A DNA stretch of 64,000 nucleotides from Dictyostelium discoideum (taxonomy: Eukaryota): positions 2,336,001-2,400,000 of the forward strand of contig CM000150.2 of the NCBI GenBank assembly GCA_000004695.1. Direction: 5' to 3'. Position numbers and translations under genes: made by a program. The number at the start of each line of letters is the position of its first letter. Position 1 is the first letter of the stretch. This document shows positions 1 to 16,829 of this stretch, in pieces. The notes beneath the pieces were generated by a model that saw only the letters and a program-made list of their open reading frames with translations, searched no databases and was not told the DNA's origin.

Positions 1-356
1 ATTTTATTTTATTTTATTTTATTTTTATTTTTTTTTTTTTACTATAATCACTTCAATGAATCTTTTTATGATAATTATTTAAATTTTTTTTTTTTGATTT
101 GAAATTTTATCAATTTTCAAAAAAACCGAAAAAATATCTTGAATTTTAAAATTAAATATCAAAAAACGTTGTTGAGAGATATTTTTAAAGTTTCTATGAA
201 TTAGAAAATATTTTTAGGTTTTTTATTAAATTATTTTTTTTAATTTTTTTTTTTTTAATTTTTTTTTTTCTATTTATAATTAATTTTCAATTAATTTTTT
301 TTTTTTTTTTTCATTTTATTATCAAATAAAACAAATTATATATTATAACTTTGAAA

Positions 357-1109
357 ATGTTATTTTCCAAAATTTTATTGGCCTTAGCCTTAATTATCTC
401 AGTCGTTTATGTTAACGCAGTTCCAGACATTTGCGTACTCTCTTCTGATTGCTCAAACACTCAATATTGTTCAGGAGGTTATTGTGTTTCATGTAGATCT
501 AAAAACGATTGTGGATTAAGTAAGTAATTAATTAATATATAAAAAAAAAAAAAAAAGAAATATAATTTAAAAAAAAAAAAAAAAAAAACCCTCCAAAATT
601 AAAATATCAATCTCTAATTTTTTTTTTTTTTTTTTTATTATTTTTTTATTTTTTTTATTTTCTTAGACGAGTTCTGTTCATCAAATATTTTCGATCTCAA
701 TGAATTTGGTTCCTGTAAAAAATTCGATAAGGATGGTGATGATTGTATTGCTTACAACAACGTCGAAGCTTCTAATCTTTTAACCTCAAATTCAACCAAA
801 TGTGCATACATGTATTTCAACTATGCTTATGCCAATTACCCAGCTGGTCAATTAAATGTTGACTATCAAGGTACTTGTGTCAATGGTAAATGTAGAATTT
901 GTAATTATGCTAACGGTGGTTCCTACACTGCTGAAGGTAAAGGTGCCCCAAGAACTTGTGTATTCCCAGGTAAATTCGCAACTGTCCACTCTTCAAGCTG
1001 GTCTGCTGGTAGATACTATGAAGAACCAATCCAAGTTTGGTTAGCAATTTTCTTCTGTTTAATTGTTTTAATTTTAGCTTTCCACGTCATGGGTTTCTTA
1101 AAGAAATAA
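357..1109 (+). CDS. Small secreted Cys-rich protein with C-terminal TM helix (ponticulin-like); 2 exons 357..519 and 667..1109, about 201 aa
   Basis: ATG at 357 followed by a signal peptide (MLFSKILLALALIISVVYVNA). GTAAGT donor at 520 and TAG acceptor ending at 666, with the frame continuing into the 810..1109 ORF. Many Cys residues, NxS/T sites and a hydrophobic C-terminus (LAIFFCLIVLILAF). The ponticulin-family assignment is by overall architecture only. Confidence 0.5.
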
Positions 1110-1164
1110 TAAATATCGATTTGTAAAATAGTATTTCTTTTTTTTGTAATTAATACTATATAAA

Positions 1165-1197
<33 letters not shown>

Positions 1198-1235
1198 TAT
1201 GTATACTTTAAAAAAAAAAAAGATTTATTATTTAT

Positions 1236-2318
1236 TTATTTTTTTATTCTTTTAAACAATTTTTTAAAATTAAAATTTCTATCACCAATAGGTGTTGATA
1301 TTACAATCAAAGAGAATGTTCCTATTATATATGAAATGATTATAATTAATGATTTCCAAATATGTTGATGCGAGAATGGTAAATCTTTAATCATTATACC
1401 ACGTAATGCTAAACCACTCCATTTTGTTGGAACCAAATTTGATATCCATCCAAAAGTTATAATTGCTTCAGTTGGCCAAATGATACCAGCCATACAAAGA
1501 GAACAAATGAAAATTGCTAAACATAATTGAACTGCATCCACCTCAGCTTTACTAATAAGGCTGATTAATATACCTTGACACATACCAACTGTATTAATTA
1601 AAATAAAGAAAAGATATATTAAAACTATATTTCCTTTTATTGGAACACCAAATGCAAAAACTGCAATTAACAATTGAATTGAAAATTGAACTAATAATAT
1701 TGGAATATGAGCTAAAATGTGACCCAACACGTTTGAAACTGGTGAAACACCATATAATAAAATTCTATCTCTAGTTCCATCATTCTTTTCCCTTACAAAT
1801 GTTATTGATAAGAAATTCATACAATGAACATATGTAATAATACAAATCATTGCTGGTGCTAAAAACCAATTGAAGTTTGCATTTTGGTCACCATAAACTG
1901 CATGAAAATTAGTTGGTAATAATTTTATTCCAGAGTCATTAGCTATTTTATTAAATGCTTTTTGAAATTGAACATCAACCATTAAATTCATTTGAAAATT
2001 TGACAAATCCATATAAATTTCCATCTCTGAATTTTCAAATGATTTTTCTAATGGGTTAAATAATTTGTTAATCATACCATTAGTAAAATTAACAGGAATA
2101 TCTATTAAACCCCACAGATCACTAGATTCTATCATTTGAATTGCATTTGAAGTATCATTTATTTGAATAAAATTGAAAATATTATTTCCATCTGATAAAG
2201 CATTTATAAAATCACCTGATAAACTGCCACTATCTATATTTTTAATACCAAATTTTAAATCATGTGGTACATTACCTATTGCTAAGAAAAATAATGTTAT
2301 TAAAAGTGAAGGTGACTA

Positions 2319-2353
<35 letters not shown>

Positions 2354-3585
2354 AATATTAAATATTTTTTGATTCAGTTTTTTTTTAAATAATAAAATCA
2401 TTTTAAAATCATATTACAATAATTTCAAAAACTAAAGGAAATTTTAATCTATACATTTGAGTTAACTTTCTTATAGAAATTGTTATTGAGTGTGAAAACC
2501 AAATTTGTAATTTATTTTTAAAATCACTCAACCTCTCTTTATAGATTTTTGCATCTTTTTTAATTATTGGCTTGTTTGTATTTGAAATTAAAATATCATC
2601 ATTATTAATGTTTGCACCATTTGATATAAATTCAAGCGGTATTGAAGTATTGATATCTCTATTAATTTTTTCATTGTTTTTTGAATCTATTAATTGTAAA
2701 GAAATTTCTTCATCACCTCTACATAGTTTATAATATACATCTTCTAATAATGAACATTCATATTTTGAAAGTAAATAATTGGGTGGTCCACTTTCAAGAA
2801 TTCTACCATTTCTTAATAAAAATATATTATCACACGACCTACATTCTTGTAAATAATGTGTAGTAATTATAATTGTAACACCAAAATTTTTTGTTAAAAA
2901 AATTAAATGTTCCCAAATTTTTGAAGATACCAATGGACATACTCCAACTGTTGGTCTTAAAAAAAAAAAAAAAAACTTTAATATTTAATTATTATTTAAA
3001 ATCAATTAATTTAAAATAAACATACTCATCTAAAATCAATAATTTAGGAGAATGTATTAATGCAGTTGCAAGTGAAACTCTTCTTTGTTGACCTCCGCTT
3101 AATTCAGATATGATTTTTGATAGACTTGGTAATTCTAAAATTTCCACTAATGAATCTCTTTTTTTAATATATTCATCTTTTGGCATTCTATGAATAGATG
3201 CAAAAAATGATAAAGTTTCTTCAATTGTAATTTCATTATATAAACAAACATCTTGAGGTGCATAGCCAACTGATGAACCAGGTATTTCACTACCTTTTCC
3301 ACATGGTTCCTTTCCAAAAACCTGAACTATTCCATCATCTTGTTTTAGTTTTCCTAAAATTGTCTTTAAAAAATTTTTAAATAATTAATTATTGATTCAA
3401 TCCATATTATATAAAAAAAAAAAAAAAAAAATTACTTTCAAAATTGTTGTCTTTCCACTACCTGACGAACCAATTAATGAATTTATGGTACCTTTATTGA
3501 TTGTAAAATTTAATTTTTCAATTACTTTTACATTACCATAACTCCTTGAAACATTATTTAAATTTATAACTATATTATCACCCAT
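1236..3585 (-). CDS. ABC transporter, ABCG-type half transporter (NBD then ABC-2 TMD), about 701 aa; exons 3436..3585, 3026..3363, 2418..2955, 1236..2315
   Basis: Walker A GSSGSGKTT, Q-loop, ABC signature LSGGQQRRVSLA, Walker B LLILDE(PT) split by an intron, and H-loop TTHYL. The TMD ORF 1236..2315 carries an ABC-2-like motif (LAIGNVP). Three introns of 72, 70 and 102 bp all have GTA(A/T).. donors and AG acceptors and keep the frame. Total 2106 nt. Confidence 0.8.
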
Positions 3586-3824
3586 TTTAAAAATTAAATA
3601 AATAATGAATAATTAAATTAAATATTTATTTAAAATGAAGATTTAAAAATAAAAAAAAATTATTAGATTTATTATTATAATTTTTTTTTTTTTATTTTTA
3701 AAAAAAAAAAAAAAAAAAAAAAAATTTAATCTCTTTTACATTTTTATTTCAATTTTGTAAACTGATTTATCTTTAACTAATTAAACAAATCTAATGATTA
3801 AATTTGTTGTTAAAAAGAAAGGTG

Positions 3825-3860
<36 letters not shown>

Positions 3861-3947
3861 ATTTGGTGGTTATAATATTTTTTTTTTGTAATATTTATTT
3901 TATAATTCTATTAATAATTATCTAATTATGATATTCAATATTGATAT

Positions 3948-4211
3948 TTAATTTGATTTTTCACCTTTGTTATTTATTACAACAACAACAGGTTTCTTTC
4001 TATGAAATGGCCAAAGTGATACTTCATTATTTCCAAACGTATTGCCTTCTAAAGTTGTTGATGATACCAATAGCGAATTTTCTTGCAACCCTTGAGAAGG
4101 TGCACTTCCTAATTTTGTTAAAGCATCTAAATTTTTTAAAAATTTATGAATTAATATTTGTTTTAAATTTTTTTTAATATTTAAATAAATTTATTTACTT
4201 ATTAATGTCAT
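3948..4211 (-). CDS. Tiny 2-exon gene encoding MTLIN|ALTKLGSAPSQG... (about 63 aa); hssA/2C/7E-family-like small protein; exons 4199..4211 and 3948..4126
   Basis: ATG ACA TTA ATA A|GTAAAT donor; acceptor ..AATTTAG|AT...; frame open to TAA. Same architecture and N-terminus as the neighbouring paralog at 4589..4909. Confidence 0.4.
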
Positions 4212-4588
4212 TGTTATTGGTGTGGGGCGTAAATAAAAAAAAAAATAAAAAAAAAAAAAAAATTTTATTTATTTAAATAAGTAAACAAAATTATTAAAAA
4301 AAATAAAAAATTTTAAAAAAAAAATAAATTAATTAGTTGATTTCTCAAAAAAGAAATTTGATCTAGGTATAACAAAATAGTCAAAATATATGAAAGTTAA
4401 AAAAATAATTTCAAAAAAAAATAATTGTTTAAATAATCGAAAAAATCAAATTTTCAAAAGAAATAATGAAAAAAAAATCAATAAAATAAAAGAAATAAAA
4501 TATATTTTTTTTTTTTTTTTTATTTCTAATTTAATATTAAAAGGAAAAATCTTTATTTAATAAACAAAAAGATAATATAATAATTTTA

Positions 4589-4909
4589 TTATTGCATTCC
4601 TGGTCTTCTTCTATTATTGATAATGATAATGATTGGACCTCTACCACCACCACTCATTCCACCACCACCACCCATACCACCACCACCACTACCCCAATTT
4701 GTAGAATTATTTTGGCCAAAGTCAGAAGATTCACCAGCTTCCATATTAATGGAATGGGAGGTCTTTGAAGCTGAAGAAATATTTCCTAATTTTGTGAGAG
4801 AATCTTTATTTATAAAAAAAATAAAAAAATATATTGGTAAATATTTATTTATTAAATTTAAATAAATTTTACATTTATTTATTTATTTGTACATACTAAA
4901 AATTGTCAT
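4589..4909 (-). CDS. Tiny 2-exon gene MTIF|NSLTKLGNISSASK...GSGGGGMGGGGGMSGGGRG... (about 75 aa); hssA/2C/7E-family-like Gly-rich small protein; exons 4897..4909 and 4589..4803
   Basis: ATG ACA ATT TTT A|GTATGT donor; acceptor ..AAATAAAG|AT; Gly-rich tail. The N-terminal MT(L/I)(I/F)N(A/S)LTKLG pattern is shared with 3948..4211. Confidence 0.4.
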
Positions 4910-5272
4910 TTTTTTTAAAATTGTTAATTAAAAAAAAAAAAAAAATTTTAATTCAACTATTTATACTATTTTTAAAATAATTTTTAAAGGGTTTTTTTAT
5001 AATTTATAATAAATAAAAAAAAAAAAAAAAGATTTATATTTTTTTAATTATTATTCCTTTTTTTGGAAAAATGATCACCGATTTGAATTTTTTTTTTTTT
5101 TTTTTTTTTTTTAAAGGAAATTTCAAAATTAATAAATTATTTCCTTTAATAGGAAAAAAATACAATACTAAATCGAAAATAAATAAATATATATATTTTT
5201 AACTATTATATAGATCTATTTGTTTTTAATATAATTTTAATTTTTTTTTTTTTTTATTAATTTTTTTTTTTT

Positions 5273-5314
<42 letters not shown>

Positions 5315-5343
5315 CCAATTAAAAAAAGGATTTAATATGTAAT

Positions 5344-7042
5344 TTATTCTGAACCTTTTCTTTTCTTTACAGAAGAGGTTGAGGTTGAATTTGTTTTAGT
5401 TTCTTTAGTTGCAGCAGAAGATGCAATAGTTGCGCCGGTGGTAGTTTCTTCAATTGGTTCTTCTAAATTATCAAAAAAGTTTTTCATTGAAGAGAATTTA
5501 TTAAGTTGTTGTGATGATTGTTTCTTTTTATTATTTTCTTCTTTTTCTATATTATTATTGTTTTTAATTTCTGTATCTACATTGTTTATGGTATCTTGTT
5601 CTTTCTTTGTTGTTGTTGAATTTACTAAATTGCTTGAATTTACTAAAATTGAATCCATATATTTTTGATAAATATTTTGAACGCTTGGAATAATATGAGA
5701 AGCAGCACCAAACATTTCTTGAGTTGATGGTAATTGAGTGAAAATTTCATTTCCAATATATAAAGAATCCTTTGAAGTATTGTTATCTGTTGTGGTAGTA
5801 GTAGTTGTGGTAGTAGTTGAAGGAGATGTTGTTGGTTTTTCGATCTTTTGTCTTTTATTAACAGTTGTAGTATTTGTAGTATTTGTAGTATTTGTTGTTG
5901 TTGTTGTTGTTGTTGTTGGTATAATTTTATTTGTATCTTTAAAAGTTGAATAACCATAAACTAAAGTTTCATTTGTAATACAAAGAATACAATCATAGCT
6001 TTGTTGATCTTTTGAGAATAAAACTTGTTCAATTACTTGACTCTTTGGAATTGGTACTTGAGTTGTGAATAAGAGTTGATGAGAGGTACTAGAGAAAATC
6101 ATTAAACGATCTCTAGAAGTTGAAGGACAGAGAGAGTAATATTCATCACAAACTGAAATTGGTTTAATTGGGAAAGTGTAAACTTTGACAGGTGATTTCT
6201 TTTTAATATCCCAAACAATAGCACCGTTCTCTTTGTAGGATACTAAAAGTTCATTATCATTGAGGAATGATAATTCATTAGCGATATGACATGAAGAGAA
6301 TGATAAGATATCCAATGGTAACATTGATTCACTATCCCATAATGTAACTAAATGATCACAAGCAACAGCGAAAATTGAACCATCTTTTGAGAAAGCAGAA
6401 GCGGAACAAACTAAACCACGATATGAACCATCATAAATACAAGTCCAATAGGATTTAATATTTGTTTTATTATTATTATTATTATTATTATTGGCAGTAC
6501 CATCGATTGCTTCCATTGATTGTTTTCTCCAAAGTTTAAAATCCTTTTCAGATGTTGTTAAAAGGAGATTCTTTGTTGGATGGAATGACATTGATAAAAT
6601 ATTAGTGCTATGTGGTGAAGTGATTGAGAAAACACATTTACAATTATTATCATTTGAAGTTTCCCAAAACTTTAAGATTTGATCCTTTAAAACTACACCA
6701 CTTTCAATTTTATCTACACTTGAAAATGATTCAAATGAACAAAATAATGGTTTTGATGGATGGAATGCTAATGGTTCAACCAATGATTGTTCCAATGATA
6801 ATTTATTTGCATCAAAACCATTTTTTAAATTTTGACCTTTAGATTTCTTTGTACTAATATCTGTATTTCTTGGTGGTGATACTATAATCTCTCTTTCAAC
6901 TCTATCTTTTTTAATATTATAAAATTGTACAATACCATTCTTTTGACCACTAAATATTAAATTATTTGAAATTGGTTCAATAAAACTTGTAATTTTATTT
7001 TTATTATTATTATTATTATTGTTGTTGTTGTTGTTGTTGTTG

Positions 7043-7074
<32 letters not shown>

Positions 7075-8486
7075 TATACTATTTTTATTATCTTGTAAAC
7101 CAGTTATAATTGAACATGATTTATAATCTGAAATATTTATAATTTGAACTTTATTATTTGATAAGGTAATAGCTATTAATTGTGAAGCTGGATCACAATT
7201 AATATGAAGTATAGCACCACCTAAACGTGGGAATACTTTTCTTCTCATATTTGAAACTGTCCAAATTGCAAGTGTATTTTCATAACCACCTGTGAATAAC
7301 ATTGTACCATCATAATTGTAAAATGATGAAATCAATGGTGTTGAATGCCAATGATTATATGAATTAAAATTCCATTGACCATTTTCACTATTATAATTTA
7401 TAAAATTTAATCTACCTAATGTTGTACCAAATGAAATTATAATTTCATTATTATTACTATTATTGCTATTGCTATTATTATTGTTGACACTGATATTATT
7501 TGATTTTGGTAAAATTGAAAATGATGTAATTTGATATTCAGATTTATAATATTTACTTGGTTGAATTGTTGTTGTTGAAAGATTTAAAACTTGAATAAAT
7601 GATTTTGTACCGGTTACTAAGAATTTACCATTATTTGAAATTGAAATGAATTGTAAATTCTTTAATAATTCATTAATTTTAATTGGTTGAAAGTTTACTT
7701 TTTCATTATATTCACATAAATCACCATCATTATTTATAAAATAAATTTGATTTTTTTCATTTGGTGAAACTACAAATTTAACTATACCTTTGTTATAGAT
7801 TTTATTTGATAATGGTTCAATTGATTTATTTTTTAAATCAAATGTATAGAATTTACCCATCTCTGTTGATAAATAAATTGTCATTTTTGAATTTTTATAT
7901 GTTGATGTTATATGTGTAATAGTATCATCATTTGATTCTAATGATGTTTCTGATTTTAATCCACCTGTAATTGGATTATAAATTTTAATTGTATTATTAT
8001 TTGATAATAATAAATTACTAATAATAAAATTAAAAAAATAAAAAATAAAATAAAATAATTAGTAAGATATATATTAATATTTGAAGGAAGAGAAAAAAAA
8101 AAAAAAATTTACTTTGAATCAATTAAAAGTGGTGAATTTTTAGTAAATGAACCACCAGATTTAATTTTCATATTAAACCATTCTGTTTCATTAATTTTTT
8201 CTTCTGGTAAAGTTGAAACTGGACGTGTATATGGTTTCTCTTCAATAATTGGTTCTGGTTTTGGTGTTGATGTTGGTGTTGGTGTTGGTGTTAGTGTTGG
8301 TGTTGGTGTTGGTGTAATAGTGGTAACTTTTGTTGAGGAGGATTTAGTTGATGATTTTTCTTTTTTTTCTGATGGTACTACTTTTGAAGTTGTTGTTGCA
8401 ACATTTCCTTTTGATTTCTTTTCTGATGGTACTACTTTAGTAGTTGGTGTTGTTGTTGCTGTTGTTGTTGATTTTGCAACTACCAT
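5344..8486 (-). CDS. WD40-repeat protein with Thr/Pro-rich N-terminal exon and basic C-terminal tail (KKRK); exons 8113..8486 and 5344..8017, about 1015 aa
   Basis: The 846-aa ORF contains WD-like blades (LAIWTVSN, GGAILHINCDPASQ, AVACDHLVTLWDSES) plus polyN and polyT runs. The frame stays open for 44 codons upstream of the internal Met, back to a CTAATAA-type acceptor. An upstream ORF 8109..8486 ends in a GTAAAT donor in a matching phase. The first exon is less certain (about 0.5). Confidence 0.7.
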
Positions 8487-8799
8487 GATTTATATACTAT
8501 TATAACTTAATTTAATAAAAATAGTATTGTCAACCTTTTGTTGTTTTTTTTTTTTTTTTCTGAAAAACGACTATTTTTCGGTAATGCCCCTAAAAGAAAA
8601 AAAAAAAAAAAAATCAAAAAAAAAAATCAAAAAAAAATAAATTTCAAATGTTAAAATAAAAATAAAAAAAAAAATAAAAATAAAAATAAAAATAAAAAAA
8701 AAACGAAAACGAAAACGGAGTTCGTATTATTAAAAAAAAAAAAAAAAAAAAAGATTGTATGAATTTGTTTTAATCAAATTTAATAATTTATTTTTATTT

Positions 8800-8949
8800 T
8801 TAAAGTTGCTTTAAAATTTCAATTGTATTATTAAATTTAATTAAATCTTTTGAATCTTTTCCAACTTTTACTGAAATTGATGGTAAATTACTAATAAAAT
8901 AACAATAATAATAATAATAAAAAAAAAAAAAATTATTAGTAAATTATTA

Positions 8950-8980
<31 letters not shown>

Positions 8981-9556
8981 ATATTAAAAAATAATTATAA
9001 TTTACTTTATAATTGTATATAATGAAAATAAAATTGAATAAATTTCTTGAACTTTATCTTTCCAATCAGATTGTAAAATATCAATTTTATTTAACATTGC
9101 AAAGTGTCTAATTAATGAAATACATTCATCTTCGTTATTTTGTTGTTGTTGTTGTTGTAATTGTGAAAGTTTTGAAAAAATATATTTAAAATCTAATAAT
9201 TTGAAACATTTATCACAAACTGGTTTAATTGAATCCAAAGATAATGATTTATCAATAATATCAAATTTATTAATTACTGCATATTTTGTGAATTTATTTG
9301 TCATGATTAAATCATTTTTTGATTGGAAACAACTTGAACAATATTTTGAACTTTCAATATTATAAAATTTAACTTCTAATGCTTCTTTCAATGTTTCTCT
9401 TTCTTTTGAATCTTTAGTTAATGTTGTCAATTCATTAATACAATATCCTTTAGCTGATAAATTTGGTATTAACCCTTTACATCTTTTTTTAACTAAATTA
9501 TATAATTCTTGAAATTGTTCTTCTAAAATTTTCTCTTTATTATTATTATTTATCAT
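8800..9556 (-). CDS. Hypothetical protein, about 213 aa, with CxxC pairs; exons 9006..9556 and 8800..8890
   Basis: ORF 9002..9556, with a GTAAAT donor overlapping its stop and an in-frame 30-codon terminal exon after a TTATTAG acceptor. No recognisable family. Confidence 0.4.
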
Positions 9557-9619
9557 TTTTTTTATAAATATATATTTTTAGTTTCACAATTTCGTTTTTT
9601 TTTTTTTATTGTAACAATA

Positions 9620-9667
<48 letters not shown>

Positions 9668-9861
9668 CCAATTTTTTTTTTTTTTTTTCAAAAAAACGAT
9701 GGAAATTAATAGGGCTTTTTGTTTAAATTTTTAATTTTTTTTATTAAAAAAAAATATTTTATTTTTACTATCATTTTATTATTGTTTTTTTATTTATTTT
9801 TTTTATAAAATCTCCCCACTCATTGTTTTTCAAAAATAAAAAAAATTACAAAAAATGAATA

Positions 9862-9892
<31 letters not shown>

Positions 9893-10147
9893 CAGAATGA
9901 TTACATTCATTTTTTTTTATATTTCATATCATTTTGTGTTTTTGTGTGTTCTATTTATCTATACTAAATTCATATTGAAAATAAATAAAATTAAATCATT
10001 GTTGTAAAAGAAAAAAAAAAAATGAAAATGAAAATGAAAAATAAAAATAAAAAAATAAAAAAAAAATTTTTTTTTTTTTTTTTTTGTGTCAATCCGAATG
10101 TTTTCATCTATTGACACAATCACTAAAGTTTTTTTAATTTTTAAAAT

Positions 10148-12685
<2,538 letters not shown>

Positions 12686-14136
12686 TTTTAAAAAAAAAAA
12701 AAAAAGTAAATGATATAATAAAGGAAAACCCATAATTCGATAATCAATTGTTTTATTTTTTTGTTTTGTAATTTTTTTTTTTTTTTTTTTTGTTTATTAT
12801 TACGAATTAAACGGTTGGTTGATCATAAAAAAAGAAAAAAGAATAACAAATTTAGGCAAAAAAGGTGGGAAATTTTGAAAAACTGGCGATGTCGTTTGGA
12901 ATTCAGGTAATTGATCAAAAAAAAAAAAAAAAAAAATAAAATTTTTTTTTTTTTTTTTTTTTTTATTTTTATTTAAATGACGTTATTTGCCTTTTTGATA
13001 TTTTATTACTTGAAAAAAAAACAAAACAAAAAAACTAAAAATAATAAAAATCCGGCATCCATTTTAAAATTAAAAAAAAAGTATTGTGATGTTTGGAAAA
13101 AGTCTTTTGACTTTTTCTCTATTTTATATTTTAATTTTTATTTCAAATCTTGTCATACACCAATTTTTAGAATTAATTATTTTTTTTTTTTTTTTTTTTT
13201 TTTTCTATTGACTTTTTATAAAAAAACTATTAAATTCGCCATACAATTACAAAATGGTTGTTTTTTTTTTTTTGTGACCCATGGAAAAAAAAATTTTAAT
13301 TTTATTAAAAATATCTTTTCACTACCAATTTGTTTTGTCACTGCTCGGTAGTATAAATTATGTTTTAGTGGTATTTTTGCTTAATCATAAGTTTGGGTTT
13401 AAAAAACCTCACAAATTTTTTGGGCAAGCCTGCAACTTTTAAAAAAAAAAAAATAAAAAAAATTGAAATTTTATTCAATACCAAGCTTCTTTCCCAACAT
13501 TAATTATAATTGAATGGTGAAAATTAACTTTTTTTTTTTTTTTATTTATTTTTTTTTTTTTCTTTTGTTTTTATCAAGATCCCCAATTGAAAACAAGTTT
13601 TTTTTTTTTTTTCTATTCACTTTTTTTTTTTTAATGGTTTTTTTTTTTTTTTAAATAACTATTTAAAAAAATTTATTTATAATACCAGTGATTTATTTTT
13701 AAAACTTTTAAAAAATCTATAGTTTTAAAAAAAAAAACAATAAAAAAAACAATTATATATTACCATAACACTACCAATTTTATAAAAAAGTAAGTAGATT
13801 AAAAAATATTTTTATTTTTTTTTATTTTTTTTTTATTTTAATTTTTTTATTTTTTTTTTTTTAATGCCAAAATCATCGCACCGTTCCACCTATTATAATT
13901 TTAATTTTTCGGCAAGAGTGTTCGGTTGAATTAAAATTTTTTTTGATGGGAAAGATATTTTTATAAAATTTTAAAATTTTATCAACAAAAATTGTTTTTT
14001 TTTAATTTTTATTTTTTTATTTTTTTTTTTAAAAAAAAAAAAAAAAATAAAAAAAAAATTCCTAACACAATTCATTTTTGATCATTTTTGAATCAGTCTC
14101 CATTCATATTTATTTATTTATTTTAAAATTTTTTTT

Positions 14137-14171
<35 letters not shown>

Positions 14172-15765
14172 CCATAATTTCTTCTCGACTGTAAAATCAT
14201 TCTAAAAGCAAATTAAAAAAAAAAAAGATTATAAAAAAAAAAAATAATCAAAATTAAATAAAATTCGAAAAAAAAGGGTAATTAAATTCATAGTATTTTT
14301 TTAATATTTTATAATTTTTTATTGTAAAATTTTATAATCATATTATTTTTATAATTTTTTGTTTTTATTTTATTTTTTTTTTTTTTCTTTGCAAATATTT
14401 GTGAAAGTTTTTTCTTTTTTTTTGAGTCAACAATTGACAAAGCTGTGCACTTTTCAAATTTCCAAATATCCACCCCCTTAAAATTGTAATAATTATCTTT
14501 TAATAAAAAAAAAAAAAAAAAAAAACACCACCCAATACCAATAAAATAAAAAAAGAAAAAAAAATTATTAAAAAAAGATAAAAAAGATATTTTTCAATAT
14601 CTTGTCACTAAAAAATTTATCAAAAAAAAGTAAAATATTTTAGATTTTTTTTTTTTTTTTTTTTTTTATTGCCACTTTTATAAAATATCTTTTCAAAATG
14701 TTCTCTTGGCGAACAGCATTCTCGCAATAAAAAAACACAATGTCTTTTTCTTTTGTTTTTTGATGACGTGCGTACCAATTAAAATATCAAAAATAATTAA
14801 AAAAAATAAAAATAAAAAAAAAAAAAAAAAAAATAAAAAAAAAAAAAACTAAAAAGATCTTTTTTTTTTTTTTTTTTTTTTTTAATTCCTTATTTTAAAA
14901 CTTTTTGTGTAATGTATTTTTTTTTTTTAAAAAATAAATCAGAAATATTCCACAACAAAATTTAAAAAATAATAGTAAAATCATCAAACAACAATAACAA
15001 TAATAATTTTTTTTTTTACCCATTTTTTTTTTTTTTTTTTTTTTTTTACATTATGTATAAATAAATAAATAATTGTAATATTGGTTTGTGTTCTTTGAAA
15101 ATTTATTTTTAATTTTTTATATATTATTTTTTATTTTTTTTTTGTTTTATTTATTTATTTATTTTTTTTTTTAAAACTGTCCCTAAAAAGGATAAAATCA
15201 CAAAACAATCACAAATGTCCACAGATAGTAAAAAAAGATACTACAACCTTTATTTTTTCAAAATAATTTAAATCTTCATTTAATGTTTTTTTTTTATTAT
15301 TATTTTTATATTATTTTTTATTTTAAAACCACAAAATCTCCCTTTTTTGTTTATAATTTCTTTTTAATAATGGTTAACTATAGATTTAATTAATCAAACT
15401 AAAAAATAAAAATAAAAATAAAATAAATAAAAAATAAAAAAAAATAAAAATTCTTGATGGGATATCATTTTTTATAAATTCTTTTAAAAAAATCAATAAA
15501 AATTTCAAACTATTTGTGTGTGTGGCAGGTGGATTAAATAATTTTTCAAAATAGTTTCAGTATAACTATCAACTTCTATATCTGTTTTAATTTTTTTTTA
15601 TATATTATTATTATTATTATTTTTTTTTTTTAAAACAATTTCTTTTTACCTCCAATTTATATGTTCGTGAAAAAATTGGGCACAATTTAAATTCACACAT
15701 TTCCTATATATAAAAGATTTTTACTTTAAAAGGGTTGGTGTTGTTATTATTGTAATTCCAATTAC

Positions 15766-15801
<36 letters not shown>

Positions 15802-15849
15802 ATAATATAATATAATAATCATAAATTTTTTTTTGTATTGGTGTGTAGG

Positions 15850-15853
<4 letters not shown>

Positions 15854-15881
<28 letters not shown>

Positions 15882-15950
15882 TCTGCTTTATTGCATTGGA
15901 ATTTATATTTTATTTTATTTTATTTTATTTTATTTTATTTTATTTTATTT
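15854..15950. repeat. Microsatellites (GT)n then (ATTTT)n in a roughly 4.7-kb AT-rich gene-poor interval
   Basis: gtgtgtgtgtgtgtgtgtgtgtg at 15854..15880 and (attttattttatttt..) at 15901..15950. Confidence 0.9.
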
Positions 15951-16791
15951 CCAAAAAAAAATCTCAAAAATATCATAAATTTCCTTTAATCTCTAATCAA
16001 CCACACACCTTTTTATTATTTTTATTTTTTTTTTTTGTTAATTAAATTTTAATTAAATTATTTATTTGTTTTTTTTTTTTTTTTTATTAATAAAATTAAA
16101 AAACCATCCTCCTACTAAATTTATTCTTTTGTATGTGGGTCTTGATTCACCCATTTTTTTTTATTTTCATTTTTTTTTTTTATAAGGAGTAAAAGGGGGT
16201 GGTGGGTGGGTGGGGTTTATAGATTTTAAAAATAATATTTTATTATTTTTTTAATTATTTTTTATTTTTTTGTAATTAGGAGAGATTTTGATATTTATCC
16301 TTTTAATCAAAATAATATTATATTCGTCTCTTTTTTATTAAATGTCCTTTGATTCAAATACCATTTTAAAATAGTTTTTTTGATTGATTTGGGTCATCAT
16401 TCTTTTTTAATTCATTAGTTTTAATTTTATGATAGAGTGGTTATGGGGTGATTGTTTTTTTTTTTCTTTTAATATAATATGTTGTGTGTGTGTAGTTTAA
16501 TTTTATATTTTTTTTTTTCTTTTCAAAATAATGTTATTATTAAAAAAGGTGTGTGTGAGCTCATAACAAGAAAAAAAAAAAAATAAAATAAAATAAAATA
16601 AAATAAAAAAAAATAAAATAAAATAAATTGATGTGAAAAAAGAGTTGTGTTTGTTGATCTCTCTTTATTTAATTTTTAAAATCTTTCAGATTGCAATAAC
16701 AACACACTCACCCATATTCACATTAAAAGTCAAACATATATCACCCACTCTCATTATAAAGATAATTAATAAAAATAATAAAAACCACCTC

Positions 16792-16829
<38 letters not shown>

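Noticed and set aside
810-1109. Treating ORF 810..1109 (and the overlapping 856..1044) as a stand-alone gene
   Set aside because: The same frame continues upstream through a GTAAGT...TAG intron to an ATG at 357 with a signal peptide. The 856..1044 ORF is an overlapping alternate frame.
5438-6842. Short ORFs 5438..5668(+), 5643..5957(-), 5738..5953(+), 6491..6682(+), 6624..6842(+)
   Set aside because: Embedded in or antisense to the WD40 gene; driven by ACA/GTT and AAT repeats. No independent support.
12977-13351. ORF 12977..13351 (+) in the AT-rich desert, and similar short ORFs at 15854..16045 and 16633..16827
   Set aside because: Start and stop context arise by chance in poly(A/T) sequence; the peptides are homopolymeric (F/K-rich), with no splice structure or motif.
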